Shown here: positions 15,246-24,393 of the stretch, one piece after another | How the letters are laid out: every line of letters begins with the position of its first letter | Numbering within the stretch: position 1 is the first letter of the stretch | Assembly (NCBI GenBank): GCA_001781995.1 | Contig: MFNH01000040.1 | Coordinates: forward strand, 72,741 to 118,715 | Source: Candidatus Levybacteria bacterium RBG_16_35_11 | GTDB taxonomy: Bacteria > Patescibacteriota > Microgenomatia > Levybacterales > UBA12049 | Direction of reading: 5' to 3' | DNA: 45,975 bases | The notes under the pieces: model-generated | The model's database searches: none | Told to the model about the DNA's origin: nothing | The model's input: only the letters and a program-made list of their open reading frames with translations | Translations under genes and position numbers: made by a program

Positions 15246-16309
15246 AGATTGTGTTTTTAACGAGGAGGTTTTGGCCGGAAATAGGCGGGGTGGAAAAGCA
15301 TACCTTAGAGGTGGGGAAGAGGTTAGTGGCAAGAGGGCACGAGCTTATAGTTGTAACGGAAACTCCGAAAAATCAAGCCTCTAGTAACGGTAATCAATCA
15401 GGGGTTTCGAGTGCTAGGCAGACGGGAAAAATCCTCGGAATTAAGATTGAAAGGATTGAAGCCGGAATCGAAAACTGGTTTAAAAAGTTCAGGGTTTGGA
15501 AACAGCTATGGGGCAAAAAAGACATTTTTAAAAAAGCCGATATAGTTCACTGTCATGATGTTCTCTTCTGGTATTTACCTTTTAGACTAATCTATCCTCA
15601 CAAACCGGTATATGTTACTTTTCATGGCTACGAAGGAAATAAAATTCCGGGAGATAAGGCTATTTTTAGCCACAAATTAGCTGAAATCTTTACAAAGGGA
15701 AATATTTGCATTGGTAATTTTTACAAAAAATGGTATGGGACTAACGCAACAACGGTAAGTTACGGGGCAATTGAGCCAGAAAAGAATGTCTCATTCAAAA
15801 TGCCCGGGAAAGTAAAGAAAATATTATTTGCGGGAAGACTAGAAGATGAAACCGGAATTATGGAATACTTAAGAGCTTTAATGCTGCTGCCGAAAAGATT
15901 TAAATATTCTATGGATATTTTAGGAGACGGCTCGCTTTTAAATGAGGCAAAAAATTTTTGTAAAGAGAATAAAATAAATGCCAAATTTCATGGTTTCGTA
16001 AAAAACGTTGATAAATATACAAAAAATGCCGACTATGTTTTTGTTTCCAGATATTTGGGGATTTTAGAAACATTGGTGTTGAAAAAACCTGTTTTTGCCG
16101 TTTATAACAATAAAATAAAAAAAGACTATTTAAAAATGACACCATTTAAAGATTTTATCTTTATAGAAAAAAATGCTGAAGAAATAGCACATGATTTACT
16201 AAAGGGAATATCAAAAGAAAAGATAGAAGATGGTTACAAGTGGGCTATAAAACAAACCTGGGATAAAATGGTTGAAAACTATCTATCTCTTTGGGGAATT
16301 TCTTCTTAA
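15242..16309 (+). CDS. glycosyltransferase family 4
   Basis: MKIVFLT..FWPEIGGVEKH, RGHE, DIVHCHD, TFHG, LFAGRL, GDGSL, FHGFV. Confidence 0.88.
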   Translation: MKIVFLTRRFWPEIGGVEKHTLEVGKRLVARGHELIVVTETPKNQASSNGNQSGVSSARQTGKILGIKIERIEAGIENWFKKFRVWKQLWGKKDIFKKADIVHCHDVLFWYLPFRLIYPHKPVYVTFHGYEGNKIPGDKAIFSHKLAEIFTKGNICIGNFYKKWYGTNATTVSYGAIEPEKNVSFKMPGKVKKILFAGRLEDETGIMEYLRALMLLPKRFKYSMDILGDGSLLNEAKNFCKENKINAKFHGFVKNVDKYTKNADYVFVSRYLGILETLVLKKPVFAVYNNKIKKDYLKMTPFKDFIFIEKNAEEIAHDLLKGISKEKIEDGYKWAIKQTWDKMVENYLSLWGISS

Positions 16310-18022
16310 TCTTTTTATTTTAATCTTCTGAAGAATGATAAGATAAGAAATAAACGCTAGGAATCCTAATAAACTAGCATGATAAGAATACGTCCTGTCT
16401 GGAGTATCCTCGAAAGAAAGTTCAATGTTGTATTTGCCCTCTGGCAGTTTAAAAGTAATTATTCCTGGGAATTTTTTATTTTTATAATTTATATTTTCAA
16501 CTTTTCCATTAACTTTTAGTGTCCAGCCCGGGAAATAGATTGTTTTTTCCATAAATTCTGTGGAGTTTTTAACTAATAAATTATAGTTATGATGATATGG
16601 TGTTCTTTTGAGTTCCTTTATTAACGCATCTCCTTTTATAATTTCCAAATGTTTTGCGTCAAATGGAATTTTAGAAGGATCAACCCAATTCGGTGCAGAC
16701 GCCTCTACTCCGGCAAAAGTGGCGTGACTAGGAGGGGTATTCATAATTCCTTCAAGTATCTTATCGTCTATTTTAATCATTGCTCTATTTCCCCAATTCA
16801 ACATTGTATATCCAATTGTTATTCCGACTAGAATAATTGTGAATGTCTTTTTATTTACAATTTTTGTAACTATCCCAGCCAAAATTGCGGTAAAAAGTGA
16901 AACCAGCACCAGAAGTCGTATGGAAAATTGAAAACTTTTTATAAATGGAACAGTAAACCAGACTGGAGAAGAAACGGGAAGAATCATAAATACTAAAAAG
17001 AAAAAAATTACTAGGGAAAAAATTAATAAATTTTTAATTTTTCCGTCAAGCTTTTTTCTAAAAAGAAATATGAGAGAAAGAAAAACAACTAAAATCTGCG
17101 TATAACCGATTATCAAAGAAAGTTCTCCTTTATGTCCTTGAAAGAGAAAACCCAATCTGTATGGGGAATAAAGTATTTGCCAAAAAGAGGATGGGAAAAT
17201 TACGGTGGAAGGTTGAATATATTTAGATTCGACTAAGATAGGGAACCAGTAAAAAGCCGAAAGCCAAAGTGCAAAAATTAGAAAAACAAGGTAGTTTAAG
17301 ATATTTGATATCCTAAACTTACCCTTTTGATAGGAAAGAAAAACTGCATAAAGAATAAGAATTGGTAAAAGCGAAACCGCAACTACCTGATGGGTTAAGA
17401 TAAGAAGAAAAAAAGCTAGGGTCAGGAAAAATAAATATTTTAATTTCCCTTCATCCATAAACTTTTTTGTTAAATATAAAAGAAGAGGGGGGAAAACAAA
17501 AGAAAGACTTTCAGCAATAGTTGCCCGAAAATGCATATCTACCAAATGATAGGGGGCAAACAGATAAAAAGTTGCGGAAACAAAAGCAAATGTTCTATTT
17601 TTTAGTTCTTCTTTTGCCCATAAATACATTCCTATTCCCGAAGCGATGAACGATAAGGCAAAAACTATTTTCATACTATTTAAGAAGGAAAAGCCTAAAA
17701 GATGAATCATTGATCCAAAGAAATATGGAAGTTGATAAGCAAACATTGCATAAGGATCTCCAAATCCGCCGTAAAATTCGGACGTCCATCTAGGGAGAGA
17801 ATATTCTGTAAATAAAACATTAAAGTAAGAAATTGTTCGCATCGTATGGTAATTTAAATCGCCGCTTTGATATGACCCGCTTCTAAAAATACTTACTATA
17901 GGTAGAAGGGAGATTAAAATTAAAAGATAAAAGATGTTAATTTTTTTCTTAGGATAAATATAACGGTAGAAAAGAACTGAAATCAAAAGCAGTAAAGAAA
18001 GAATAAGGTTCACTATAATCAT
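16283..18022 (-). CDS. GT-C-like multipass membrane protein (PTPS-related/YfhO-like)
   Basis: GDLNYH, LPRW....GGFGDP, YLFAPYH, R..IAE, QFSIR, C-terminal YFPGW.LKVNG...LPEG. Many TMs. Start moved to ATG 18022. Confidence 0.75.
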   Translation of the reverse strand: MIIVNLILSLLLLISVLFYRYIYPKKKINIFYLLILISLLPIVSIFRSGSYQSGDLNYHTMRTISYFNVLFTEYSLPRWTSEFYGGFGDPYAMFAYQLPYFFGSMIHLLGFSFLNSMKIVFALSFIASGIGMYLWAKEELKNRTFAFVSATFYLFAPYHLVDMHFRATIAESLSFVFPPLLLYLTKKFMDEGKLKYLFFLTLAFFLLILTHQVVAVSLLPILILYAVFLSYQKGKFRISNILNYLVFLIFALWLSAFYWFPILVESKYIQPSTVIFPSSFWQILYSPYRLGFLFQGHKGELSLIIGYTQILVVFLSLIFLFRKKLDGKIKNLLIFSLVIFFFLVFMILPVSSPVWFTVPFIKSFQFSIRLLVLVSLFTAILAGIVTKIVNKKTFTIILVGITIGYTMLNWGNRAMIKIDDKILEGIMNTPPSHATFAGVEASAPNWVDPSKIPFDAKHLEIIKGDALIKELKRTPYHHNYNLLVKNSTEFMEKTIYFPGWTLKVNGKVENINYKNKKFPGIITFKLPEGKYNIELSFEDTPDRTYSYHASLLGFLAFISYLIILQKIKIKRLRRNSPKR

Positions 18023-18073
18023 GTGGTAGGAAGGTAACATAAGGCTTTGATAGTGATATAATAATCGCAAATA

Positions 18074-19018
18074 GTGGCAAATTCAAGAATTAAAGCATCT
18101 TTGGTGACAACTGTCTACAATGAAGAAGATTCAATAGGGGATTTCTTAAACTCAATAAGACCCCAAACTATTAAACCTTCGGAAATAATAATCGTAGATG
18201 CCGACTCAAAAGATAAAACCCAAGAAATAATAAGGAAATTTATTAAAGGAAACAAAAAATTAAATATTAAGCTTTTTATAAAAAGAGGGAATAGGTCGAT
18301 TGGTAGAAACGAAGGAATTAAGAAGGCAAAAAATGAAATTATTGCTGTAACAGATGTAGGATGCATATTGAGCAAGAATTGGTTTGAGGAAATTATTAAA
18401 CCTTTTAAAAATTCAAAAATTGATGTGGTAGCTGGTTTTTACGAACCTCTTTTCGAAAATACCTTTCAAAAGTCTTTGTCCACATACACCTGTGTAATGA
18501 GAGATGAGTTGAGTGAAGATTTTTTGCCTTCCTCAAGATCAATTAGTTTTAAAAAAACAGCATGGAAAAAAGTTGGGGGATATCCTGAAAATCTTAATAC
18601 CTGCGAAGATCTGGTATTCGCAAGCAAACTTAAAGAATACGGTTTTAAATTTTCTGTAAATAGTGGGGCAGTTGTTAATTGGCCGCAAAGAAAAAATATA
18701 TTAGAAGCTTTTTTTCAATTCTACGCTTATGCGTTAGGAGACGGTAAGGCCCACTATTTTAGAAGGGGAACGCCATTTCTATTTCTTAGGTTTTTTTTAC
18801 TTTTGGCTTTAATTGTTTTGTCTTTAAGAGATTCATCCATTTTCTACTTACTAATATTTTTAACATTTCTATATATGATTTGGTCAATTTTTAAAAACTA
18901 CAAATATGTTAAAAAAAGTTTGGCTTTTATTTATTTACCGCTTCTGCAAATTACTTCCGACATTGCCGTTTTTTTCGGAACAAGTATAGGATTTATAAAA
19001 AGCTTCAAGGATAATTGA
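18074..19018 (+). CDS. glycosyltransferase family 2 with C-terminal TM helices
   Basis: SLVTTVYNEE, IIIVDADSKD, GRNEGI, TDVG, VGGYPE...CED. Confidence 0.9.
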   Translation: MANSRIKASLVTTVYNEEDSIGDFLNSIRPQTIKPSEIIIVDADSKDKTQEIIRKFIKGNKKLNIKLFIKRGNRSIGRNEGIKKAKNEIIAVTDVGCILSKNWFEEIIKPFKNSKIDVVAGFYEPLFENTFQKSLSTYTCVMRDELSEDFLPSSRSISFKKTAWKKVGGYPENLNTCEDLVFASKLKEYGFKFSVNSGAVVNWPQRKNILEAFFQFYAYALGDGKAHYFRRGTPFLFLRFFLLLALIVLSLRDSSIFYLLIFLTFLYMIWSIFKNYKYVKKSLAFIYLPLLQITSDIAVFFGTSIGFIKSFKDN

Positions 19019-19052
19019 CTTTAAAAATAGCTTGTGGGAAAATGAATCGCCT

Positions 19053-20111
19053 ATGGACACATCTATAACTCGCAAACTTAAAGGAAAGACAATTTTAATA
19101 ACCGGCGGGACAGGGTCTTTTGGAAATTCGGTTGTAGGAAGACTTCTTAAACTAAGACCTTTAAAAATAATAATTTTCTCCCGTGATGAAAAAAAGCAGT
19201 TTGACATGCGAAATGAATTTGATAATCCGAAACTTAGATTTGTAATTGGTGACGTTAGGGATAAAGAAACTATTAAGAAAGCTTGCAGGGGAGCAGATTA
19301 TATTTTTCACGCAGCAGCTCTAAAACAAGTTCCAACCTGCGAATTTTTTCCCATGGAAGCAGTTAAAACCAACATAATTGGAACACACAATGTACTTGAG
19401 GCGGCGATTGAGAATAAAGTGTCAAGAGTAGTTGTTCTTGGAACAGATAAAGCAGTTTATCCGATAAATGCAATTGGAATTTCCAAGGCAATGATGGAAA
19501 AAGTAATGATAGCAGAATCAAAAAGCTACGATGGAGACAAAGAAATAAAAACTGTATTATGCGGAGTTAGATATGGAAACGTGCTTTACACAAGGGGATC
19601 GGTTATTCCGTATTTTGTCGATTTGATAAAGAAAAATAAAAGATTACCTGTTACCGATTTTAAAATGACAAGGTTTTTACTGCCCCTTGACGATGCTGTC
19701 TCTTTAGTTTTATACGCATTAATAAAAGGAAAAGCAGGCTACATTTATGTTAAAAAATCTCCCGCTTGCACTTTAGAGACATTGGCTAAAGCAATTTGTC
19801 AGATATTTAATTTTGAAAAAGGGTTTTTCGAAGTTGGGATAAGGGCAGGAGAAAAAGTTCATGAAACTCTGGTTACAGAAGAAGAATTAATAAGATCTGT
19901 CGAAAAAAGAGGATATTTTGAAATACCCCCGGAAAGCCAGGGACTGGATTACAATAAATACTTCTATAGGGGAACAAGAGCTGATTTACACAGAGTAAAG
20001 GCGTTTACTTCTGCCTCAACTATACAGCTTAACGTTAAACAAACAGTGAAAATGCTTCTTAAGTTACCGGAAATAAAAGAAGAATTAAAAAAACTAGGCA
20101 AAAAGAGATAA
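19053..20111 (+). CDS. fnlA: UDP-GlcNAc 4,6-dehydratase/epimerase, FnlA/CapE/WbjB-like (Polysacc_synt_2)
   Basis: ITGGTGSFG, FSRDEKKQ, HAAALKQVPTCEFFPMEAVKTN, TDKAVYPINAIGISKAMMEK (no catalytic Tyr, as in CapE/FnlA), RYGNV, MTRFL, GIRAGEK.HETL. Start moved to ATG 19053. Confidence 0.85.
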   Translation: MDTSITRKLKGKTILITGGTGSFGNSVVGRLLKLRPLKIIIFSRDEKKQFDMRNEFDNPKLRFVIGDVRDKETIKKACRGADYIFHAAALKQVPTCEFFPMEAVKTNIIGTHNVLEAAIENKVSRVVVLGTDKAVYPINAIGISKAMMEKVMIAESKSYDGDKEIKTVLCGVRYGNVLYTRGSVIPYFVDLIKKNKRLPVTDFKMTRFLLPLDDAVSLVLYALIKGKAGYIYVKKSPACTLETLAKAICQIFNFEKGFFEVGIRAGEKVHETLVTEEELIRSVEKRGYFEIPPESQGLDYNKYFYRGTRADLHRVKAFTSASTIQLNVKQTVKMLLKLPEIKEELKKLGKKR

Positions 20112-20825
20112 AATTAAATACTTGAAGTAATCGTAAAAAATCCTCGGCGTATATTTAAAGTGTGATTTAGAGTCTTTTCTTGCAGTGAGGATGTTTGGAA
20201 TCTCTGTAAATTTTGAGTTTTTCTTTTTAAGATGGTAAATTTCCTCAAGTATTATTGAAAAATTATTTTCCTTAAACCTTACCCCTTTTAGCTTACTTAG
20301 CCTAACCATTTTGAATCCGTTTGTATAATCACTGATTCCTAAGTTGAAAAATAAACCAGCCATACCATTTCCAACAATAGAAATAACGCGTCTAAAAAGG
20401 GGGACGTTTACTACTTTTCCATTATCTATATATCTGGATGCCTTAACGCAATCAACATTATCTGACATAGCCGAAACAAAATCATGAATATATTTAGGAT
20501 CATTAGTAAGATCCGAATCCATAGTTATGTAGTATTCAAACCCATCTTTTATTGCCCATTTTATTCCCGTGCTTAATGCATATCCATAACCTCTATTTTT
20601 TTCGTAGCTTATAATCTTAAGTCTAGATTTATGAAATTTCTTTTTTCTTTTTAAAATATCTAATGTTTTATCTTTGCTTCCGTCATTTACGACAATTAAC
20701 CTTGTGTGTTTCTTTACCTTTTTTATTTCCGCAATAACTCTATCCACACATTTTTCAGCTGAAACTTCCTCATTGAACATGGGGATAATAATGGCGATTG
20801 ATTCTTTTTTAAATTTTAATCCCAT
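20094..20825 (-). CDS. glycosyltransferase family 2 (polyprenol-phosphate glycosyltransferase/DPM1-like)
   Basis: IIPMFNEE, VNDGSKD, NRGYGYAL, MDSDL, ASRY, DYTNGFK. Confidence 0.9.
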   Translation of the reverse strand: MGLKFKKESIAIIIPMFNEEVSAEKCVDRVIAEIKKVKKHTRLIVVNDGSKDKTLDILKRKKKFHKSRLKIISYEKNRGYGYALSTGIKWAIKDGFEYYITMDSDLTNDPKYIHDFVSAMSDNVDCVKASRYIDNGKVVNVPLFRRVISIVGNGMAGLFFNLGISDYTNGFKMVRLSKLKGVRFKENNFSIILEEIYHLKKKNSKFTEIPNILTARKDSKSHFKYTPRIFYDYFKYLILSLFA

Positions 20826-21999
20826 CTTCCATAAAAGACCTTGTTATTGGTAAATGATTATCCTTTGGTAAATGCCCTCTCAATTTATTTGTTCTTAATC
20901 TTCTAATAATATCTTTTGCAATTCTCTCAGATGCCTTCCCGTCTCCTAATGTGTGCTTCCATCTTGTTCCCGTTATTTTCTCAAGTTTCTTAAATACAAT
21001 CTCCGGAGTATATTTCAAGGGTTGATCAGGGTCAAATTTTACACATCCTTTAACATCGTAGACCTGAGGTCTTTCTGTCGACTTTCTGACGTTGATGCAG
21101 GGAATGTTTAATACACATGCTTCTTCATTAAGTGTTCCCGAATCAGTAATTACCGCTTTGCTATGTGTTAAAAGAATCAAGATTTCTTCATAACCGATTG
21201 GGTCGACTATAATTACATTTTTAGGCAAATTTAGTTTTCTTTCTTTAATTATTTTTTGGGTTCTGTAGCTTGCAACAAAATAAACAGGATATTTAGCATT
21301 TTTAAGTAGATTTATTATTGCATCAAAAGATTTATCTATGTGAACATTTTCTCGTCTATGACAGGTCATCAAATAATAGTTCCCATCTATGATTCCCCTG
21401 TTTTTAAAAAATTCTTTTGTGGTTTTTTTTTCAAACTTTTTCTTTTGTTTGAAATAAAATTCGTTTAAAATGTCAACGATCGGATTCCTAACTACAACAA
21501 TGTTTTTGGGATTTAGTCCCTCTGCAATTCCTCTTTGCTTATATTCCTCTTCGTAGGTGTAGATAACATCAGATAAATGATCGATCATCGTCCTGTATTT
21601 TTCCTCGGGCATTCTCCAGTCATAAGAATGCCAACATCCTTCGATGTGTATAATTGGAATATTTAACTGGCCAGCAGCAAGGCAGCCTGCTGTTGTATTT
21701 GTATCTCCTAAAAAAACAATAGTGTCAGGTTTAATCTTTTCCAACAGGGGATATAGCTTCATAATCAGTTGCCCCGAAACTTCGGCGTCTGTTTCTCCCC
21801 TGCATCCCAATTCGTAATCTGCTTTTCGAACATTTAACTCTCTGAAAAAAATAGCCTTCAAGTTATCCGAATAATTCTGTCCTGACCAGACAAAAATAGT
21901 TTCTATGTCTTTTGCCTTTTCTAAAAATCTAAGAATTAGAACAGCTCTTATTAAATCGGGTCTTAATCCTAAAACAAATACTAATTTCTTTTTTTTCAT
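20809..21999 (-). CDS. non-hydrolysing UDP-N-acetylhexosamine 2-epimerase (WecB/FnlC/CapG-like)
   Basis: GLRPDLIR, SGQNY, LGDTNT, HIEG..S.D.RMPEE..R..IDH, T.HRRENV, ITDSGT.NEEA, TERP, GDGKASERI. Confidence 0.88.
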   Translation of the reverse strand: MKKKKLVFVLGLRPDLIRAVLILRFLEKAKDIETIFVWSGQNYSDNLKAIFFRELNVRKADYELGCRGETDAEVSGQLIMKLYPLLEKIKPDTIVFLGDTNTTAGCLAAGQLNIPIIHIEGCWHSYDWRMPEEKYRTMIDHLSDVIYTYEEEYKQRGIAEGLNPKNIVVVRNPIVDILNEFYFKQKKKFEKKTTKEFFKNRGIIDGNYYLMTCHRRENVHIDKSFDAIINLLKNAKYPVYFVASYRTQKIIKERKLNLPKNVIIVDPIGYEEILILLTHSKAVITDSGTLNEEACVLNIPCINVRKSTERPQVYDVKGCVKFDPDQPLKYTPEIVFKKLEKITGTRWKHTLGDGKASERIAKDIIRRLRTNKLRGHLPKDNHLPITRSFMEDGIKI

Positions 22000-22832
22000 T
22001 TAAAAAATTTAATTAGCTCCAAAATCTCCAAATTTAGATCTTTCTTTCCTGGAGGAATATTATAAATCGATTTAAGTCTTCTGTCTATTGGATATAGTGA
22101 TTGAGTTTTGCTAATTTTTTTATTTATTTTCGAAACATTCAGGAAGATTTTTATTAGATCGAATTTTGATATTGGTCCAAGAGGAGCATAATGGATTACA
22201 TAAGATTTTTTCCTGATCTTTTCAAAATTATCACCTTTAATTAAATACTCGCAGAGTTTGGCAAATTGAAGAGTAGTGCATCCCGACCAGATATGATTTA
22301 CATATCCGTTTATTTTATCTTCCGACTTTGCCCATTCCAATAATCCTTTATGACTTAGGGGATCGAGCCCAAGGATAGAAGTTCTAATATTTAATACATT
22401 AGTACTTTTTACCTCCCCTTTGAGTTTTGTTTTTCCGTAAAAAGAATCAGGTTTAGGCTTAGAATTTTCATAAACAACGCTACTAGCTGACGAAAAAACC
22501 GCGTCAGTTGAGATATGAATAACTTTTATCCCGTGTTTTGACGTAAGAGATACTAATTTTTTCGGAAATTTTGAATTAACCAAAGACATTCCCCTTTTAT
22601 CTTTTGAAGAGGGGAGTAGCCCTATGCAATTTATAATAAAATCAATCGTTTTTAAATCTTTGATTATTTTTTTAAAGTCTTTCTGTAGCGTAGGTGCGGA
22701 TAAATGATAATATTTTCTATCACTTCTGTCTGTTCCAAAAGTGTTTGGGTAAATTTGCCTCAAATATTTATAAACTGCTTGACCAAGCATTCCTTTTGCT
22801 CCAATTACTAATATTTTTTTCTCGTTTTTCAT
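21996..22832 (-). CDS. RmlD-like NDP-4-keto-6-deoxysugar reductase (FnlB/WbvR-like)
   Basis: GAKGMLG, INCIG, HISTDAVF, YGKTK.KGE, RTSILG, WSG.TTLQ.A. Confidence 0.85.
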   Translation of the reverse strand: MKNEKKILVIGAKGMLGQAVYKYLRQIYPNTFGTDRSDRKYYHLSAPTLQKDFKKIIKDLKTIDFIINCIGLLPSSKDKRGMSLVNSKFPKKLVSLTSKHGIKVIHISTDAVFSSASSVVYENSKPKPDSFYGKTKLKGEVKSTNVLNIRTSILGLDPLSHKGLLEWAKSEDKINGYVNHIWSGCTTLQFAKLCEYLIKGDNFEKIRKKSYVIHYAPLGPISKFDLIKIFLNVSKINKKISKTQSLYPIDRRLKSIYNIPPGKKDLNLEILELIKFFK

Positions 22833-22835
22833 CTA

Positions 22836-24092
22836 CTAGATTATTCTTACCTTTGGTAAAGGGGTAATGAATTTACCACCATTTTTTTTATATTTTTTAT
22901 TCCTGTTTTTTATTTCTTTGTAGAATGACCAGGCAAACAACAGGGTGTAATCTGGTCTATTTTTATTATTTAAAGTCGAGGGAACTATTTTTAAATGAGT
23001 TCCAGGAGTATAAAAACCCTGCTTTATTTTTGAGTCATCAACTACATAATCGAGAAGCTTATTATCTAAGCCAGCATAGTTACTTATTACCGTTCCCCTG
23101 CCGGATGCTCCGTAGCCTACTATTGTCTTATTTTTCTTTCTTAAGGAAGACAGTAGGTCTAATAATTCTTTTTTTTTCTTTTCTACTTGTTTTGAAAACA
23201 TTTCAAAGGTTTTCAAGCTGTCTAATTTGTGTCTTTTTTCCCAAGCAATTGTGTCTTTGACTCTTTTGGAAATCTTAAAAGGTCCTTTCTTTTTTTGCAC
23301 GAAAAGTCCAATTGATCCTCCGTGAATTGGAATTTTTCTTATATTAAAAATTTCCAAGCTATGTTTCTTTAGGAAGTTAGATAGCGACAATAATGAATAA
23401 TAATAAAGATGTTCATGATAAATCATGTCGTATTGAGTTTCTTTAAGCAAGTTTCCCAAATAATGATTCTCAAAATACAAGAATCCCTCGTCATCTAGTA
23501 AAAGGTTTATTCCGTTAAAGACATCATGCATGTTTTCGATGTGTGCAAGAGTGTTTGTGCTAACGATTAAGCCAGCTTTTCCGTTTATCTTTAAGATTTC
23601 CTTTGCTTCTTTTTTTGAAAAATAGTTATTAATAATTGGCAGTTTTTTTGCGATTAAAGGTTTTATAATATTTTCTGCGGGGTCTATTCCTAGTACTTTA
23701 AATTTTCTCTTTGACATTTCATTTAAAAAATTTCCGTCGTTACAGCCAATTTCAAGAACAAAATTCTCTTGTGGTTTTTTGAAAAATTTAGATAATAAGG
23801 TTGCGTTTTTTTTAAAATGAGAAAGCAGCGTTTTGATTGCAGATGTCTTGTAAAAGTAACTTTTAAAAAGTTTGTCTTTATTTACAACAACTGTTGTTTG
23901 GATAAGATAACAATTGCGGCAAAAATACAAACCTAATGGATAAAATTTTTCATTTTTAAAATCTCCCTTTTTAAGAAAACCCCCTGCTAAGGGTTGATTT
24001 CCCAAAACAATAAATTTATGAATATTTTTACTTTTACAAAACCTGCAATAACTTGTTGTTTTAAATTCACCAAGCTTTTTTCCCTTATTCAT
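22836..24092 (-). CDS. NDP-sugar C-methyltransferase (Zn-binding, TcaB9/EryBIII/NovU-like)
   Basis: CRFC...CRNC Zn site, LEIGCNDG, N.LAHI, YDMIYHEHLYYYS, HGGSI, YGASGRG, KQG.YTPGTH, LFAW.F, GGKFITPLP. Confidence 0.9.
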   Translation of the reverse strand: MNKGKKLGEFKTTSYCRFCKSKNIHKFIVLGNQPLAGGFLKKGDFKNEKFYPLGLYFCRNCYLIQTTVVVNKDKLFKSYFYKTSAIKTLLSHFKKNATLLSKFFKKPQENFVLEIGCNDGNFLNEMSKRKFKVLGIDPAENIIKPLIAKKLPIINNYFSKKEAKEILKINGKAGLIVSTNTLAHIENMHDVFNGINLLLDDEGFLYFENHYLGNLLKETQYDMIYHEHLYYYSLLSLSNFLKKHSLEIFNIRKIPIHGGSIGLFVQKKKGPFKISKRVKDTIAWEKRHKLDSLKTFEMFSKQVEKKKKELLDLLSSLRKKNKTIVGYGASGRGTVISNYAGLDNKLLDYVVDDSKIKQGFYTPGTHLKIVPSTLNNKNRPDYTLLFAWSFYKEIKNRNKKYKKNGGKFITPLPKVRII

Positions 24093-24135
24093 TAACCTTG
24101 TTGCTAATTAAATTTGATTCAATATAATATACGTT

Positions 24136-24393
24136 ATGAGGGTGGAAAAAGCAATCAAAATTCTTCCGGAATACATTCTTTATTTATTCGTCTTTTTAGC
24201 TTTATTGGTATTTTTTAAGTTTGCTAGGAATTTTTTTCCTCCTCCTGAAATAACACAACAAAAAATTGTAGGATATGCCCATTATTACGGCTATCCTCTT
24301 TATTTTGACAGCATTTTGTTTTTTTACATTCTTCTTTGTCCAGTTTTTGCTTATCTTGTACTTATTCTAAGGAAAAAAATATGGAAAAAATAA
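24136..24393 (+). CDS. small two-TM membrane protein (85 aa)
   Basis: Two hydrophobic helices around PPEITQQKIVGYAHYYGYP. TATAAT 5 nt before the ATG. Overlaps the next gene. Confidence 0.7.
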   Translation: MRVEKAIKILPEYILYLFVFLALLVFFKFARNFFPPPEITQQKIVGYAHYYGYPLYFDSILFFYILLCPVFAYLVLILRKKIWKK

